DNA from: Chiloscyllium plagiosum
Lineage: Eukaryota
Length of the DNA: 41,307 nt
Assembly: GCF_004010195.1 (NCBI RefSeq)
Contig: NC_057751.1
Location: 10,119,457 to 10,160,763 of the forward strand
Direction of reading: 5' to 3'
The notes under the pieces are model-generated. The model searched no databases. It was not told the origin of the DNA and saw only the letters and a program-made list of their open reading frames with translations. Shown here piece by piece: positions 1 through 15,000 of this stretch. The position numbers were made by a program, and so were the translations under genes. Each line of letters starts with the position of its first letter. Position 1 is the first letter of the stretch.

Positions 1-12
1 GGCAAGAGAAAT

Positions 13-48
13 ATGAGTGTGAAAGGAACAGAAAGTTATACCATTTGG
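13..48 (+). CDS. ELMOD3: Probable first coding exon of ELMOD3 ([12 protein letters not shown])
   Basis: ATG at 13 with A at -3, 12 codons, then a weak donor TGG|gtttgt in phase 0, matching the phase-0 acceptor at 1340. Gives a total length close to human ELMOD3. No recognisable homology, and the frame is open back to base 1, so the true start could lie upstream. Confidence 0.45.
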
Positions 49-3000
49 GTTTGTTTAAATTAGCTGTTGGGAGGAGTTTTGTGTGGAATTTAAGCATATT
101 CATAGCCAGTTGTATTGAATGGCTGTAAATTCAATATGAAACGATGTAACACCTCAGATATTTTCCTCTTGGTTCTAAATTTATTTATATGAATGCACAC
201 AAATAAAGAGGTTTGGAACAGGAGCCGAGTTGGTTGAATGGTCAGCTGCACCATCAGTATGATGATGGCTGATCCCATTATGTTACATTCCTGCCTGTCC
301 CTAATAAACTTGCTCACAAAGAATCCATCCACCTCTGCCGTAAAGATGTTTAAATATTTTGTTTCCACTGCTTTATGAGGAAAAAACTCACAACTGCCTC
401 TGAGAAAAAAGTTTCTCCTCATCTCCATCTGAGATTAACACCCTATCATTTTTATCCCTTCATTTGATTGCCTTACAAGATCTCACATTGTTTCCAAATG
501 GTACACGTTAAATGTTGTACTCTGATATGTTTCAATCACGAAGCTGATTACTCTTCTGAACTCCATCAGATACAAGCCTAGCCTGTCTAGTCTTTCCTAG
601 TAGCACAGTCTGCCCATTGCAGGTATTAGTCTGCTAATGTTTTCTTTATTGCTTTCTTCTTTGCTTCGGTAAGGACACGAGTAATGTACACAGTACTCTA
701 TGTATTCTCACCAGTGTCCTGCACAAACTGAAGCATAATCTCCCTATTATTATACTTTGTTCCCTTTATGCTAAGTAATAATATTCTACTAGCTTTGCTA
801 ATTGCTTGCTGTACCTTTCTGCTAACTTTTGGTGAATCATGAACAAGAATGTCCAGATTTCTTTGCATCTCAGACTCTGTAATTTGTTCTCATCAGAATG
901 AACCACCATTCCTGTGTGTGCTTCTTGAAAAGATTTATGCGAAAAGGATATTTATTGAAGAATTGCTCCAAATTCCAAGGACTCAGGCTAAAATAAGCAC
1001 ATTTCTTGATGACATAGAACATCTAGTTTTTATCTGGACTATCTTTCAGATTCATCAAAACGTCAGACAGCTTTGACCCTGATTGTGTGATCAAAGATGA
1101 AATTTTGTTGTGTGAACATATGTGAATTGATTTCCACCCTGTGTTCTGGTCCTGACAAATTGGGAGGTCTTCTTCAAACTTACTTCATTGAAAGTAAAAT
1201 GCTCACTGTTTATCCCAACAGTAACAGAAGATTAATGAATTAATGAACTCTTTCTCTCTTTAGTATGGCAGCTTCCTCACCTCCCTGGGCAGGAATGTTT
1301 CTGCTTGTGCATGATGTTCTCTTTTGTGCTGCTTTTCAGGGTTTGCTGGGTATGTGTTTACGTCCACATGTGGCTGATGATGTTCGTAATGGGAATGAAG
1401 TGCTTAAATCTATGCCTGTGAGTAGCTAGAGCCTTGCAGATTCAGAATGAAATTATGACGGTTCATGTGATACGTGTTTGTATATATTTCAACATTCTTG
1501 CTAACATCAGGAGTTCTTCAAGGCTTTGGATTCAGGATTGCTATTACTTGTATTCCAGATTTCTGCATTGAAGAAAAATGGCCTTTTACAGTCGCTTACG
1601 GCTGGAGTTGATGAAAAAAAGCATGAAGGTGAGTCTGTGGTTCTAAGGTTTGAATAGGATGTGCGTTTCAGTTTCTTTGAAGATTAACTCCTGCCTAGTA
1701 TCCTCTCCAGCCATGAATCAACTTGAATTGCAGCATTAAGTGTTCATGGCCAATGCAACAAAGTGGTTGTTGGAGCTGATAGGGCACAAATATATTTTGT
1801 GATGTAAGTTTCTAATTTATTATTATAATTTGTGAAATTAGTTTCTCAAGTATTTGTAAACAGGCTGTTGATTTTCAGTTCTGTCAATAAGACTTGTATT
1901 AGTTTCAGGAATACTTTGTTTTTTAGCAATGGGTCAAACAACAGTTCCAACAAATCATGCAAGTTAAATCAAATGGCCAGAGAAACTGCCTGCTGCACTA
2001 CTTGTTGGAGTGTTTTCTAAGATAATTTTTTATGACCTGTGGATAAATCAGCCAGAGGTTAGAAGCAGGATCAGTTCAGAAGAAAGCAGTTGCACTGTTT
2101 AGCAGCTGAGTAGTAGTCAAAGTAATTGAAGAAAACTTTGCATTTCATCTAAGAGTTCCTTTGCAACAGTCAGTGAGTGAGTCTGTGGCTGTGTGTCTCA
2201 GGTAGAGATAGGAACACAGAGAATCACATCTTGTAAATGTTCAGAAGTTCACCGAAAGGAAATGCTTGCAATCACATGAAGGTTTGAGTTATGCTATAAT
2301 GGGGTTGACTGTCTCTAAAGGATATTGCTGGCAAAGAGGGTTGAATCTTTCTATTTGCTGTTTATGCAAAGATCTTTTCAAGTTGTCATAAAGCTTTGGT
2401 TTTGATTTTCTTGTATGTCCTAAACTTGACGTTGTTTGTTATAAATGCAGTGTCTTGGGAATATATCTCGTGAGATCACCACTAGAACCAAATTGAGAAA
2501 ATAAAACTATGATCCACTAATCTGGCTTTCATTCTGGAATCGAATTTGTCTGAATCGTTGTATGTGGATTGAACTCACTCCGTTCTTGTCAGTCTGTCCC
2601 ATGCTGTGGCCTCTTACTTGACTGAATTTACCAAACCTGAGAAATGTAACTCAGTTTGGACAAAATAAGTCTATTGGTTATTTTATCAAAGATTATAAAA
2701 AGAAAAGTCCAGATTTTGTTTGTGTAGATAGTTTGTTTCAGCTGATTAGGTCAAGAAAGACCAGAACTCATCATCTCAAATTCTGAAAATTCATAACTCA
2801 CCGAGATTCAGGAATATAGTCTTTTTTTCTCCCCCAGAGAAAAGTGGAACCAATGGAACATGGTTCCACTGTGCATGCTGAACAACTTGTTTCTTTAAAT
2901 GAGAACTGGACTGGTGGAGAGAAAAGCAAAATAAGATAGATACCTCGTAGAATCAGTGAGCCAAAGATGGGTTTCTGCACTAGCTTTGATTGTCTAAAGG

Positions 3001-6000
3001 GATCCAAGAATTTTCCAGATGTTTCCTCCTAATTGTGCAAGTTTGTATCTGGTTTCTCATCGAATCTTATATGGATTTTGGGTAGACTGGGATGCAAATG
3101 TTGTGATGTGTGAGCTGTTAGAGCTCTGCCTGAGTGGAACCATTAATTCTTTACATGACTGTCTATCTCTTATATTTGTGTGTTTGTTGTTGCGACTAGA
3201 ATAACTCATCAGAGATTTGATGCACATAAAGTATATGGCTGGAGGTAGACGAGTAAAAGTTGTTCATTTGGGCAAGAGTAGAACATAGAACATAGAACAG
3301 TACAGCGCAGTACAGACCCTTTGGCCCTCAATGTTGTGCTGACCTTTTATCAGACTCTAAGATCATACTAACCTCCATACCTTTCATTGTACCATCTTCC
3401 ATGTGCCTATCCAAGAGTTGCTTAAGTGTCCCTAACGTATCTGACTCCATAACCAGTGCTGGCAGTGCATTTAATGCACCCACCATTCTCCGAGTAAAGA
3501 ACCTACCTCTGACGTCTCCCCTAAACCTTCCTCCAATCACCTTAAAATTATACCCCCTCATGATGGCCATTACCGTCATGAGAAAAAGTCTCTGTCTATC
3601 CACTCTATTGATGCCCCTCATCATCTTATACACCTGTATCAAGTCACCTTTCATCCTTCTTCGCTCCAATGAGAAAAGCCCTAACTCCCTCAACCTTTCT
3701 TCAAAAGACACGCCCTCCAGTCCAGACAGCATCCTGGTAAATCTCCTCAGCACCTTCACTAAAGCTTTCACATCCTTCCTACAATAAGGCGACCAGAATA
3801 CAATTTTCCAAGTGTGGTCTAACCAGGGCTCGATAGAATTGCAGCATAACCTCATGGCTTTTAAATTCAATCTCCCTGCTAATGAAAGCCAACACACCAT
3901 ATGTCTTCTTGACAAACCTATCAACTTGGGTGGCAACTTTTGAGGGATCGATGAACATGAACCCCAAAATCCTCTGTTCCTCCACACTGTCAAGAAACTT
4001 GCCTTTAACCCTGTATTCTGCATTTAAATTCGACCTTCCCAAAGTGAATCACTTCACACTTTTCCAGGTTGAACTCCATTTGCCACTTATAAGCCCAGTT
4101 CTGCATCCTGTCAATGACCCTTGGTAACCTACAACAACCCTCCACACTATATACCGCTCCACCAACCTTTGAGTCATTGTCAGTCTTACCAGCCCACCCT
4201 TCCACTTCCTCATCCAAGTCATTTGTAAAAGTCACTAAGGGTAGAGGTCCCAGAACTGGTCCCTGCGGAACACCACTGGTCACCAAGTCCAAACTGAATA
4301 CTTTGCGTCGACCATCACCATCTGTCTTCTATGGACCAGCCAGTTCTGTATTGAGACAGTCAGATTTTCCCATATCCCATGCTCCCTTACTTTCTGAATG
4401 AGTTTACCCTGGGGAACCTTTTCAAACATCTTGCTAAAATCCATGTACATTGCATCCACTGATCTACCTTGGTCAACGTGCTTTTCACATCCTCAAATAA
4501 TTCAATAAGGTTTGTGAGGCATGACCTGCTCCTCAGAACGTCATGCTGACTCTCTCCAATCAAACTATGATTTTCCAAGAAATCATAAAAACTGTCTCTC
4601 AGAGTCCTCTCCAATACTTTACCCACCACAGACGTGAGACTGACTGCTCTGTAATTCCCAGGATTATCTCTGTTTCCTTTCTTGAACAAGGGAATAACAT
4701 TTGCCTCCCTCCAATCATCTGGCACTACTCCGGTAGACAGTGATGATGCAAAGATCATTGCCAAAGTCGCAGGAATCTCTTCCTGCACTTCCCATAGTAA
4801 CCTAGTGTATATTGTTATGAACCAGGCTAGACCCTTAAAACATTTCAAGAAGGTAGCCTAGACCCTAGCTTTGCTAGTTGTTTTAAATAGGTGTAACACG
4901 GACATTCCGGGAATCGTGCAGCAGGTCAACCCACTTGGTTTTAAACAGAGCAGAATTTTTTTACAAGATTACCGAATGAAACACAAACAAAAGAGAACAG
5001 AGTACCATATCCGAAAACCCAACAGACTATCCCAATTTAATGATGCTGTTTCAAATCCTTGCGACAATCCCCTTAAACACCCCTTGGCAAAAAGATAAAG
5101 TCAAACACAAGTTCTGACAGGAGAGATGTCAGAGAGAGCGGCACGGTGGCACAGTGGTTAGCACTGCTGCCTCACAGCGCCAGAGACCCGGGTTCAATTC
5201 CCGCCTCAGGCGACTGACTGTGTGGAGTTTGCACGTTCTCCCCGTGTCTGCGTGGGTTTCCTCCGGGTGCTCCGGTTTCCTCCCACAGTCCAAAGATGTG
5301 CAGGTGAGGTGAATTGGCCATGCTAAATTGCCCGTAGTGTTAGGTAAGGGGTAAATCTAGGGGTATGGGTGGGTTGCGCTTTGGCGGGGCGGTGTGGACC
5401 TGTTGGGCCGGAGGGCCTGTTTCCACACTGTAAGTAATCTAATCGAGAGAGAGTATCTGCTTTTTTGGGTCCAGCAGCCTTTTTCACGCTACTGCTGAAA
5501 ACCAACCCAAAACAGAGAAAGGCTGAACTGGCAGAACTGGACACTCACCTTTCATTGTACAAGTGTTTTTTTTAACTTGAAAGCCTTCTGCTTGAGGCAG
5601 GATCTGTTATTTGTAGTCAAATTGGCCCTAAAACCCTTCAACCCCAGACTTTTCGGGTCTGTGTCATTTACAACGTCTCTGAAGAGAAAAACAAGGTTAG
5701 CATAACCTTGTTAAAGGAGCAGCTTCATCACAATATCCTGTCTGGCCCATGGGATTTATCTATCCTGATAGTTTCAAAATTTTCAGCATATCCTCCTTCT
5801 TAACATTAACCTGTTCGAGCATATCAGTCTGTTTCACACTGTCCTCAGAAACACCAAGGTCCCTCCCAGTAGTGAATACTGAAGCAAAGTATTCATTAAG
5901 GACCTCCCCAACTCCTCTGTCTCTGGGCACAAGTTCCCTCTACTATGCCTGGTCTGTCCCACCCTCACTCTGGCCATCCTCTTGTTCCTCACACAAGTAT

Positions 6001-9000
6001 AGAACGCCTTCGAGTTTTCTTTAACCCTTCCTGCTAAAGCTTTCTCATGGCCCCTTCTAGCTCTCCTCAGTCCATTCTTCAATTCCTTCCTGACTACCTT
6101 GTAACCCTCTCGACCCCTGCCTGATCCTTGCCTCCACAACCTTAAGTAAGCTTCCTTTGTCCTCTTGACTAGATGTTCTACATCCCTTGTCACCCAAGGT
6201 TCTTTCAACCTCTCATCCCTTCCTTGCCTCAGTGGATAAATTTGTCCAGCACTATCAGCAAATGTATCGAAGCTACCTCCACATTTCTGTCATGCATTTC
6301 CCTGGGAATATCTGTTGCTAATTTATGCTCCACGGTTTCTGCCGAATAGCGTTGCAATTCCCCCTTCCCCAATTAAATTCTTACCCGTACTATCTGCTGC
6401 TATCCATCTCCATGAATATAGTCAAGGTCAGGGAGTTGTGATTACAGATCTCCCACTGAGAGATCTGACACCTGACCTGATTTGTTGCCAAGCACCAAAT
6501 CTAATAATGCCTCTCCTGTAGTTGGCCAATCTACATGTTGTGTCAGGAACTGTTCCTGGACACACCTGACAAAAACTGCTCCATCCAAACTGTTTGAACT
6601 AAGGAGGTTCCAATCAAAATTAAGGAAGTTAATGTCACCCATGACAACAATCCTGCACCTTTCCAAAATCTGTCTCCCAATCTGCTCCTCTGTGTCTCTG
6701 TGGCTATTGGGGGGATCTATGGAAAACTCCCAATAAAGTAACTGCTCTTTTCCTGTTTCTGACTTCCACCCATACTGGCTCAGTGGACAAACACTCCTCG
6801 ACAACCTCCCTTTCTGCAGCCATGATACTATCCCTGATTGGCAATGCCACTTCCCCATCTCTTTTATCTCTCTCCCTATTCCTTCTGAAACAGCTAAACC
6901 CCAGAACATTCAAAAACCATTCCTCCCCTGTGATGTTGAAGTCTTTGTAATGCCCACAGCATCATAGCTGCAAGTTTGTCACCCTTATTTCTGATGCATC
7001 TTGCATTAAAATAGACATATTTCAACCCATCACAGTGACTGCAAGTTTGCCCTATCAATTGTCTATCTCTCATCGCAGACTCTCTGCATGCTGTATTTGC
7101 CTGTTCCCCAGTTACCCCATCCTCTGATTTGCAGCTCTGGTTCCAATCCCCCTGTCAAACTAGCTTAAACCCTCCTAAAGGGCTGTGGTAAACCACCCGC
7201 CCAGGATATCGCTGCCCCTCCAGTTCAGGTGCAATCCATCCTTCTTGTACACATGCTACCTTCCCCTGAATGTACCCCAATGATGCACATATCTGAAGCC
7301 CTCCCTCCTACACCAGCCTTGCAGCCACGTGTTCATCTGCAGTCGCTTTTTGTTCCTAGTCTCACGTGCACGTGGCACTGGTGGCAATCCTGAGATTACT
7401 ACTCCACTTGTCCTGCCTTTGAGCTTCCAACCTAACTCCTTAAAGTATTTTGAAGTGCTATGATTTCTGATTTATTGTACTTCATTAGATGATAACAGGA
7501 GATAAAATAAAATTGCAATCTTGAAATTATTAATCTCTGAAAATAAGCCACTGGTGCATGGACAAGGCATATAATCTGAAGCAGCAAGAATACAAAGGGA
7601 AGGTTTTCAACTGTGAAAGGAAGGAGTTTGTACACATAAATGGAACATTAATGGAACTTTTTTTGTCATTACTTTTGCAGTGACTTTGGAGGTGCTGCAG
7701 GCAGAAGCAGAGTGGGAGGCTTTGGAAACAGTTCACAGAGGTGAAAAATTTATACTTAAAGTTTTTTGCTGTTTAAATCAGATCGTAACTAGTTACTGTT
7801 TCTGCCAATCCTGAGTCATTGATAGTTGGTTGGAGTTTAATTCTCTATACTTAGCACGTTTACTGAGAAATTACCTGTTTCATTTAGATCCCACAACTTG
7901 TTATGACTTGCTTTCACTATGATTAAATTAAAGAGTAACAATATGTTTACAAAGGCAACAGACACTGTGATCTCAGGTCATTATTTGACAGATGTGGCAC
8001 ACAGCCAGTCATGTTTCACCTCACCTAGTGCAATGCTGAAAAAAAGAGGAAGCTTGACCTGTTTGTATGTAATGATAAGGGAGCAAGCAACTTCAGACCT
8101 GGTAATGTGTCAAGAAACGTGATTAATTAAGAATGTCACCATGATGTATCCCAAGTCAAGAGTGACCATAGCTTGATTCAATTTCATTTTCAGTTTGAAG
8201 GTAAGAAATTGACTTATGAAACTTGAATCTTACCCTTGAAATTGCCTTTATTTTAGTGAATGAAGACAGAATTGGCTCAAGTGATTGGAAAGTAAGTTAA
8301 TAGCTAAGGCAATTCAGAAGTAGTGGTAGACATTTCAGGTGATATTTCATAACTCCCAACAAAGTTATATTCCATTGAGAGAGAGAGAGACTCTACAAAA
8401 AGGATGCACCATTTGAAGCTAACTAAGAAGGGTAACAATTGTCTGAAATAAAAAAAATCAATGCAGGCATTAGTGCGAGGCTAGAAAATTTGGGAAGATT
8501 TCAGAAATAAGGAAAGATGAGTTTAAAAAAATCGACCAAGTCATTAATGTATCATAATGACCTTACTCCATTTAAAAGAACTGAGAAGCATTTTGTTGAG
8601 TGAAACTGGACTCTATGTATGTGCAGATTGTTCTTGCTGAACCAAATGATCTTTAATACTAGTGGCATGAATATTTTCTGTTTTGCACATTTCTTTTGAG
8701 AAAGCTGACATTACGCACGTGGACCACAAAAAGAAAGTGAATTCAGTGAAAACAAATGGCCAGCTCACAAATGCTGAGAATTTGCAGAAAACATTCAGGC
8801 TAGATATACGAGCAAGTGATTCATTGGCTCTCCATATAGAGATGTTTGTGCGCAAAATATCTCAGTGTTGCCTGGGATACAGATATCCCAGCTTCATACC
8901 CTTGGAGAGTGACAAGGTTTTGTCTCATTTGTAAATGATCAATCCTCAGTCCTGAGACTGTGCCTCCATCTTTTAGGTTCTTCAAACATGGGAAACAACC

Positions 9001-12000
9001 TCTGCTTGTGTTATCTGAACAGTTATGATTATGTTGTCTTCTGAAGGTTGCCATACCCCCTACCCCAATTCCTCCATGAATAACATTGCAGAATGTATGT
9101 CATCTCTTTTTCGGTTGCATATGCTTCTTGATCCTCAAGGACCCTTGCAAATACAACACCTGTGCCGGAGAAGTTAGGCAATACAGGCCACTGATGACAC
9201 TGTTAATAGCAAGCAAACAAAATGCTCTGTGGCTGGTCTCACAACGACTCCCTGTTGAATTTTCCTCTTTAAATGAAAACATTGGGTCTTTGATCAGATC
9301 CTCAGTGGAGTGGCACTTAAAGCTCCATTGTGCCACTGAGTGGTATTGTGCACAATTGATGTCAACGACACTACCATTTTATTATTCTGGCTTTCCCCTG
9401 CAAAGGATTAATTTAGGTGCTGTGACATGTTATTCGTGTGATGTTACAAATATTTTACAGATTTTGCGATCTCGATGTATACAGTTTAATGAGTGGTAAA
9501 TGAAATATAATGTGGGAAGTTTGTATTTACTTGGGCAGAAAATCAGAAAAGTAGAACTTTTTTTTCAAAAGCTTGAATTTGGAAATGTTGCTGTTCAGAG
9601 AGACTTAGATAAAATCATACAAGGAGTAGAAAGTTAGCATGTAGATGTAGCAAGCAGGAAAGCAATGGTAGATTGGTATTGATCAAATAGGGTTTGATGA
9701 TAAGATTAAGTATCCATTGCCATGGGCAAAACTAGATGGAAGCAGATTTTTGAAACCCAATGACAACAGAATTTAGAGGTGAAGTAACAGCAGTAAAAAG
9801 AACAAACCAAAGATTCGAACTAATAACAGATAACTAGATATTCCACGTGACAATAAATACCCTGTACACTTACAAATTCCGAATCAGCTATCAGGGAAGA
9901 CAATAATCCTCACCTGCAAAGAATAACCACTATGCAGGATAAAGGAAGTCTTGATTTGAAGAGTTTGATGAGACCAAAGCTGTAGTACTGTGAGAATTGT
10001 GATCATCGCCCCGTCCAACATACAAACCAGCATCCCATCCATTACCTTCATCTATATTTCCTGCTGCATTCGGAAAGCACCCAACATAATCAAAGACCCC
10101 TCAGTTATATTCTGTTTCATTCTCTTTCATCTGGCAGAAAATGAAAAAGTTTATACATACATATGAATTCAAGAAAGGCTTCTTTCCTGTTGTTAGCAGA
10201 GTATTGAATGGACCTCTTTAATGTTAATGCTGATCTCTCTCTGCACCTTCTCGGCAGTTGGAAGATGGTATCCTGAACTTTTTTGTTACAGTGATGCACT
10301 TGTGTCGTACAATCTGCCTGTGAAGTGCAGAAGACAACACTTTTCTCAGTACCTTGGATATGTGGCAATAATAAATAAAATTTTGGGTTCCACCATGCAG
10401 TATGGATATATTTTGAGAGGAGATTGCACACTGAAGGTTCGCAAGGTTACTTCTTGTGATGAAGTGTTGAGAGATTGAATGTATTTGACATATATTCACT
10501 GAAGTTTAGAAGAATGAAAGGTGATCACTTTGCAACAAACGAGTCTCTGAAGGAACTTGATAGGACAAACATTGAAGGGTTGTTGGCTGGGTACCAAGAA
10601 CACTTGGAGAGTAAGGGATTAATCATTTAGCACTGAGTTGAAATGAAATATGTAAACTGAAAGGCTGGAAATCTTGGAAATTTTCTCTTCCAGAAGGTTG
10701 TACTTTATTATTTTTTTCATTTCAAAAACATACTTTATTCAGAAAACACCTTCATAAACAGACATAGTCATGAGAGCAGTTCGAGTCTGTACAGTCTTAA
10801 TAAACGGAAAACAAACAAACCAAAGGGGTATCTTATTTATACAAGACTGTATTTAAATATATATAAGGCACCGGGGGCATCTGATAACTGAATGGACTCC
10901 CATTTAACTTCAGCAGAAAGAGCTTAGGTGGTGATCTTTCCGCCTGAACCTTGACAACAGCTGCCCGCTGAGTGCATCCCTCAGCACATAGTCCTTGGAA
11001 TGTGCCAGTCGGCAACACTGAGTCAAGGTCAGCTCCTTGCTCTGGAAGACCAACAAGTATTGGGCAAACCACAGAACATCTTTCACTAAGTTGATGTTTC
11101 TCCACCACAGTTGATGTTTGAGTCAATGGGCATCGCGGGGGACAGCCCAAAGAGCACAGAGTCCTGTGTCACGGAGCTGTTCATGATGATGACATAAACC
11201 ACAGCATCTCTCTTTAGAAGGCAAAGGCAAATTCCAGAAGGACATGTGTGACAGTCCCTTACCCCCCAACCCCAACATCCCGCTTTGAGGGGAGCGTGCA
11301 GCATCCATGAAAGATCTCACTAACAGCCAAGTGATAGCTTGGTGCTTGTTGGAAGTTCTGGTGATGAGGCATTCTGCCAAATGACTTCAGCAGTTTGCTC
11401 TGGGGATAACCTGGCAGGATCCATCCTCTTCTTTTCCAGCAGGGTCTCGAGGACACTACGTGCTGATCAATTTGTGATAAACTTGTGATTAAAGATGTTT
11501 CTCTTTGCAAATTACTCCATGAAAGACAGATGTTATGGAACAGTCCAACTACTTGGAGTATTCTGTGGTGCCGAGTCCAGTCTCAATCTTTGCAACACTG
11601 AGGACAGGTAGAACCTCAGTACATAGTTACACTTGGTGCAAAACTTGATGCAGGCACACACAAAGGTGGCCATCACAATGAGTGTGGCGTTTGATATGTT
11701 TTTTCCTCCTCCCAACCAGAGCTTTGTACATGGTGTCTCTGCGGCACAGTCCATCTGAAACCTCCAGCTGAATTGGGAGATTGCTTTGGTAACTGCAACG
11801 GCACAGGTTTGGTGAATGAGCCAGACCAGTACCAAGTGCAACACTAGAGAGTAGCTCACACTTGATATCCAGGTTTTTATTTGCAGTAGAAATTGAGTGA
11901 TGCTCCCAAAAACCCAGTTTCTGTTTTACCTTGACGATACACTCTTCCCAAGTTTTTATGTACACCCCAGTCCCTCCGAACAGTATTCTCAGCACCATTA

Positions 12001-15000
12001 GATAATCTGTACTAATGGTGAAGGAATAAAGGATTAGACAATCCGGTTCCCAAAGAACATGGCCTTGCTGTTGCTTCAATTTATTTTGGCTCCTGACACC
12101 AGTTCCAACTGGTCACAGATGCTCAAGAGTCTCCGCACTGACAGCGAATCCAAGCAAAAACAGTCACGTCATTCATGTACAGGGCAGCTTTGATCTGCAG
12201 GCCTCCACTGTTAAGAATAATCACCCCTCTCAGATTCACATCTTTCCTCATGGACTCAGCAAAAGGCTCTAATCCACACACAAACAAGGCAGGAGAGAGG
12301 GGAAAGCTCTCCGTAACTCCAGATCTGATTCGAATGCTTTCTGATTCACACTCATTGATTGAGACTGCACTAGCAATGTTGGTGTCTAGGAGTCAGATCC
12401 AATTGAACATTCCCTCCTCAAAGCCTGTTTTGGAGACCACGTCCCATATGTCAGTGTATGATATCCTGCCACAGGACTTCTCCTGGTCCATGCAGGCTTT
12501 CACCCCCTGTCGTGCATGTCAGTGATCGTATCCCTGAGGAGTGCAAGACTCTCAGGCATCTTCCTTCCTGGTAGAGCACAGGTTTGGACAGGGTGAATCA
12601 TCAATCGCAGAGCAAACGTAACTGGTTTGGCAATGACCTTAGACACAATTTTGTAATCTGCATTCAGCAGTGAAATTGGTTGCCAACTTCTAATTTCCTC
12701 CCTCCCCCACTTCAGCTTGTTGGTGAGGGTGATGATACCTTCCCTCATGGATTGATGCCAGATACCTGCCAGAAGCATATTTTTGTACACCTTCGGCGGA
12801 TCCTGGTCAATCAATTCCCACAGAGTTGAATACAACTTGGCCAGTAAGCTGTCACTTCTGGAAGTATTGTTCTTTTCTAAGGACTGAGGGCCTTGGTCAA
12901 CTCTTTCAGAGATAATGGCTGGTCGAGGCGCTCCCACGTGTTCTCATCTAACACCTCTATCAAAGAGGTCAGGAGAGATGAGGAGGCCATGCTGTCTGTG
13001 GACTTTGTGTCAAATATTCTGACATAAAAAGATTTGCTGATCCTCAGAATATCTGACTCATCATTTTCCTTCAGGTTGCTGAGCACAGAACTCTGTTTGT
13101 GCACCTTCTGGTAGAAGAAATATGAGCACGTTTCAGTTAGCTCCATGGTGTAGACCCTGGACTGGAGGATTATCTTGAAGGCCTCTGAGACCAAGAGTAT
13201 GGCTTGCTGGCTCTTCACCTCCTGGAGATCCTCCGTGACATCAACCCACATCGTCTACAATAGGATTAGGTTCTGAATGCTTTTCTGGAGTTTGGACAGT
13301 TATCCCCATCTTTCTTTCTCACTTTCTGAACACGTTTGAGGATAAAGAGCCTCTTGATGTTCCCCTTGACTGCTTCCCACCAGTTCTCTGGAGAGTCAAA
13401 GAGGGGCTTCACGGTACTCCAATCTGTGTAATCCCTTTTGAGCTCCTCGTTTTTTTCTGAGGTCATCAGTTTCATGTTCAGCTTCCATGTCCCTTGCTGG
13501 TGTACTGGTTGTTGTCCTATAGGTGATAATTGGCCAGCAGGGGGTATGTACATGAATTATTATCGGGAGCATTTCGCGATAAAACATCTGCTATGAGGAG
13601 GCATCTGTCGACCACCTCCTTATCCTCAGAGATGGTGAAATTGCCTCACCACAGCAGAGTACCCAGATCACAGTAACAGCACTTGTTCCACCCCTGACCA
13701 AATTGAAGGCCTGTGTTCACAAGCTTGACCATTTCCTGTAGTTGCTGGGGTGTGCTATCCCACACTCCTGCAGAGGCAGGAGGTCTGCTGGGTCGTTGGC
13801 CAGGTAAACTGACATAGAAACACATCGCATAGTAGATTTATGTTAATGCTGGCAATTTTAAAACCCATTTTGAGAGTTTGTAAAATTATCTATCGACCTG
13901 ATGTCTGTTCACTTGGGGAACAGTCTTGTCACTGGGGGAGTTCCTGCATCCACCTGTGGTGTGGGTGAACTGTTGGACACTCTAAGTGCTGAGGGAACTG
14001 TCCTGTTCCACCCTGATGGCTTTGCTTGATCTGATTCTGAAGCCACGAAGGTCCAGTTCATTGTCCAATACAGGAGCTGTTGTGCTGTGCTCCTGATCTG
14101 GAATGTTGCTGCTCCCAGCTGCTGGAGCTGTGATGCAGTGGGTGCCCCTTGGTTCATGGCAGTTGGAGTTTGCGTTTCACTGGACTGCTTGCGACAGCCA
14201 TTGCTTCTGGGTTGGGAGTGTTTCTCTCACTTTCCCCCATGCTGCTGTGCCTCTTTTTTTTTGTTGGTGGCCATCCCTCCTCACGTCTTCATTATCAGAG
14301 GAGCTGCTGATGTGTCCATCATGCAGATGCCTCTTTCCATTTTGATGTGAGCCAGTGTAGGCCCAACGCGTTTTCCTTTTCCTGTCATTTGTCACTGGGA
14401 TCCACTTCCCTACCACCTTCTGTATTGACTTCAGACCAACGCCACAGAGTCATGGAGATCTACGACATGGAAACAGACCCTTCTCGTCCAACTCATCCAT
14501 ACCGACCAGATATCCCAATCCAATCTAGTTCCACCTGCCAGCACCTGGCCCATATCCCTACAAACCCTTCCTATTTATTGGCCATTCCGGATGCCTTTTA
14601 AATGTTGCAATTGTACCAGCCTTTACTACTTCCTCTGCTAGCTCATTCCATGCACAAACCACGCTCTGTGTGAAAACGTTCCCCTTAGGTTTCTTTTATG
14701 TCTTTCCCCTCTCACCTTAAACCTATACCCTCTAGTTCTGGACTCCCCCACCCCAGGGAAGAGACTTTATCTATTTATCTTATCCATGCCCCTCATGAAT
14801 TTATAAATCTCTATAAGGTCACCCCTCAACCTCCGACGCTTCAGGGAAAATAGCCCCAGCCTAGTCAATCTCTCCCTATAGCTCAAATCCTCCAACCCTG
14901 GCAACATCCTTATAAATCTTTTCTGAATCCTTTCAAGTTTCACAACACCTTTCCAATAGGAAGGAGACCAGAATTGCAAGCAATATTCCAGAAGTGGCCA

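Larger units (their letters stand above)
3279..7444 (-). mobile_element. CR1 LINE, 5'-truncated and pseudogenised (ORF1 esterase C-terminus, APE endonuclease, RT), interrupted by a solo LTR
   Basis: (CATAGAA)n tail at 3279-3298. RT motifs [57 protein letters not shown] motifs IVVMGDINF and [11 protein letters not shown]1 SGNH-like [12 protein letters not shown]...[11 protein letters not shown] at about 7190-7440. Many frameshifts and stops. Confidence 0.93.

Noticed and set aside
1830..2570. Possible older solo LTR in intron
   Set aside because: Composition is suggestive (AATAAA at about 2500), but I could not define TG..CA termini or a TSD.
5138..5210. tRNA gene-like A/B boxes (also at 32177, 34515-34582, 35660-35726, 36638)
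   Set aside because: They continue into SINE bodies and LINE-derived tails and lack a complete cloverleaf; these are SINE heads.
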